DNA of 64,000 nucleotides from a virus (Duplodnaviria; Caudoviricetes): IMG/VR virus record IMGVR_UViG_3300024916_000029, positions 661 to 64,660 of that record; one strand, 5' to 3'. Shown piece by piece: positions 62,888 to 64,000 of this stretch (position 1 is its first letter; each line of letters starts with the position of its first letter). The notes under the pieces were generated by a model. It saw only the letters and a program-made list of their open reading frames with translations, ran no database searches and was not told where the DNA came from. The position numbers and the translations under genes were made by a program.

Positions 62888-64000
62888 ATGACCCCTACCA
62901 TCATCAAGCCCACCATCGGCCGTGTCGTCTGGTTCCATCCCAGCGAACTGACCGGAGAAAACAACTTCGCCCGCCACGGCAATGACCAGCCCTACGCGGC
63001 AATCGTCGCCCACGTCCACAGCGACAGCATGGTGAACCTCACCGTGTTCGACGCCAACGGCGTCCCCCATTCGCGCACCAGCGTTGGGCTGGTGCAGGAC
63101 GGTGATCCCGTCCCGGGCCATGGCTATTACTGCGAGTGGATGCCCTACCAGAAGGGCCAGGCCGTGAAAGCAGAGGCGACGCCACAGATGACCTTGGAGC
63201 CGACGCGCATCGACCCGCGCGAGCAGCTGGAATATGCCCTGGTGCATGGTGCTGCCGCCCGCCTTGCCGAAGCGCCCCATGAAGCCGCGGCCATTGCCAC
63301 CGGCATCAAGAGCGTGCTCGACGCGCTGCACCCGCTGCCCGTGCTGTTCAACCCGCACACCGGCACGCAGCGCGCCCCCGGCGACGTGGCCAGTGACCCG
63401 CAGGCCGCACCCAAAAAACTGGCCATCACCGACGAAATGGTGGGCCGCTTCCTGTCCTGGCCGCTCCCGGAGGACTTCGCACCGGACTGCGGCATCACCT
63501 TCGCCCGCTCGTCTCACGCTGGCATGGGCCCCACGGGCACCAACCTGCTGCACTTCGGGCAGGCCAAGGCGATGCTGGAGCACTGCATCAACGGGTTGTC
63601 TGCATCGACCGTCACGCTCCCCGTGGTGGACCCCGGCCCCGACTCGCTGGAGCGCGAGATTCAGGCCAAGGCCGACAAGGGCCCGCGCGTGACGCCCCAG
63701 GCGCTGCTGGACGAAATCGTCAGCGAGCACTACCACTCGCCACAGCAGGCCGGGGATCAGGCATGGACAGGAGATGCAAACGGCGCGCTCAACACTCTGA
63801 CCATCTGCGTCCTGGTCCTGCGCAACGGCACCAAGGTGGTCGGGATCAATCACGGCGCCATCGACCCGGCACAGCACAGCGCCGAGCGCGGCCGCCAGGA
63901 GGCTCGCGCCCAGGCTGTGGACAAGGTGTACGAGCTGCTGGGCTTCCGCCTGCGCGACGAGCTTTCTGGGGCCAGCTCGGTTGCAATTTCTAACAATTAA
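62888..64000 (+). CDS. Multi-domain protein with C-terminal Phage_gp49_66-like domain
   Basis: N-domain KPTIGRVVWF...EWMPYQKGQ; middle MVGRFLSWPLPEDFAPD; C-terminal PRVTP...LTICVLVLRNG...GRQEA...VYELLGFRLR. Confidence 0.82.
   Translation: MTPTIIKPTIGRVVWFHPSELTGENNFARHGNDQPYAAIVAHVHSDSMVNLTVFDANGVPHSRTSVGLVQDGDPVPGHGYYCEWMPYQKGQAVKAEATPQMTLEPTRIDPREQLEYALVHGAAARLAEAPHEAAAIATGIKSVLDALHPLPVLFNPHTGTQRAPGDVASDPQAAPKKLAITDEMVGRFLSWPLPEDFAPDCGITFARSSHAGMGPTGTNLLHFGQAKAMLEHCINGLSASTVTLPVVDPGPDSLEREIQAKADKGPRVTPQALLDEIVSEHYHSPQQAGDQAWTGDANGALNTLTICVLVLRNGTKVVGINHGAIDPAQHSAERGRQEARAQAVDKVYELLGFRLRDELSGASSVAISNN

Larger units (their letters stand above)
1..64000. mobile_element. Temperate prophage with lambdoid early region and podovirus-like late region; both ends lie outside the window
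   Basis: Continuous phage gene order int/xis - recombination - cI/cro - replication - terminase - portal - capsid - tail - ejection - lysis; no host housekeeping gene seen. Confidence 0.97.

Noticed and set aside
1-64000. CRISPR array or IS element
   Set aside because: No regularly spaced direct repeats and no transposase motifs found by eye.

Overview
The window is almost entirely one GC-rich temperate prophage. The host is probably a betaproteobacterium, likely Comamonadaceae (inferred). It begins inside the integrase gene and ends just past the lysis cassette, and no att site or host gene is visible. The early region is lambda-like. The leftward operon carries int/xis, a DNA methyltransferase, DUF5131, ASCH, RdgC with an FtsK-gamma domain, KTSC, YqaJ/RecT and many small ORFs, preceded by a ~1.1 kb structured non-coding pL leader. 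The immunity region has cI/cro with 16-bp operators, and cI is followed by a hypothetical, a thermonuclease and a P63C gene. Next come replication and nin-like genes, a Rha/KilAC antirepressor and a separately regulated five-gene operon containing RadC/JAB. The late region is podovirus-like: terS, terL, portal, scaffold, N4-gp56-type capsid, tail and fibre genes, putative ejection proteins including a 3238-aa polyvalent protein, then holin, GH108 endolysin, spanins and a Gp49-domain fusion. The strongest novel signal is two antisense envelope-protein morons inserted between the two ejection genes. Each carries a peptide motif shared with a flanking ejection protein (a 34-aa segment at 22/34 identity, and an FDP-(S/T/D)-(T/S)-A motif), which suggests superinfection exclusion by mimicry of the ejection machinery. 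Other findings: seven copies of a late promoter (YATAGGG-N24-RANNNT), four apparently giving leaderless mRNAs; two basic ORFs nested in the +1 frame of the giant gene; T-loop hairpins in the pL leader; a dispersed GCTAY-N7-RTAGC repeat; and two frameshifts. All family assignments come from motif recognition, not database searches.
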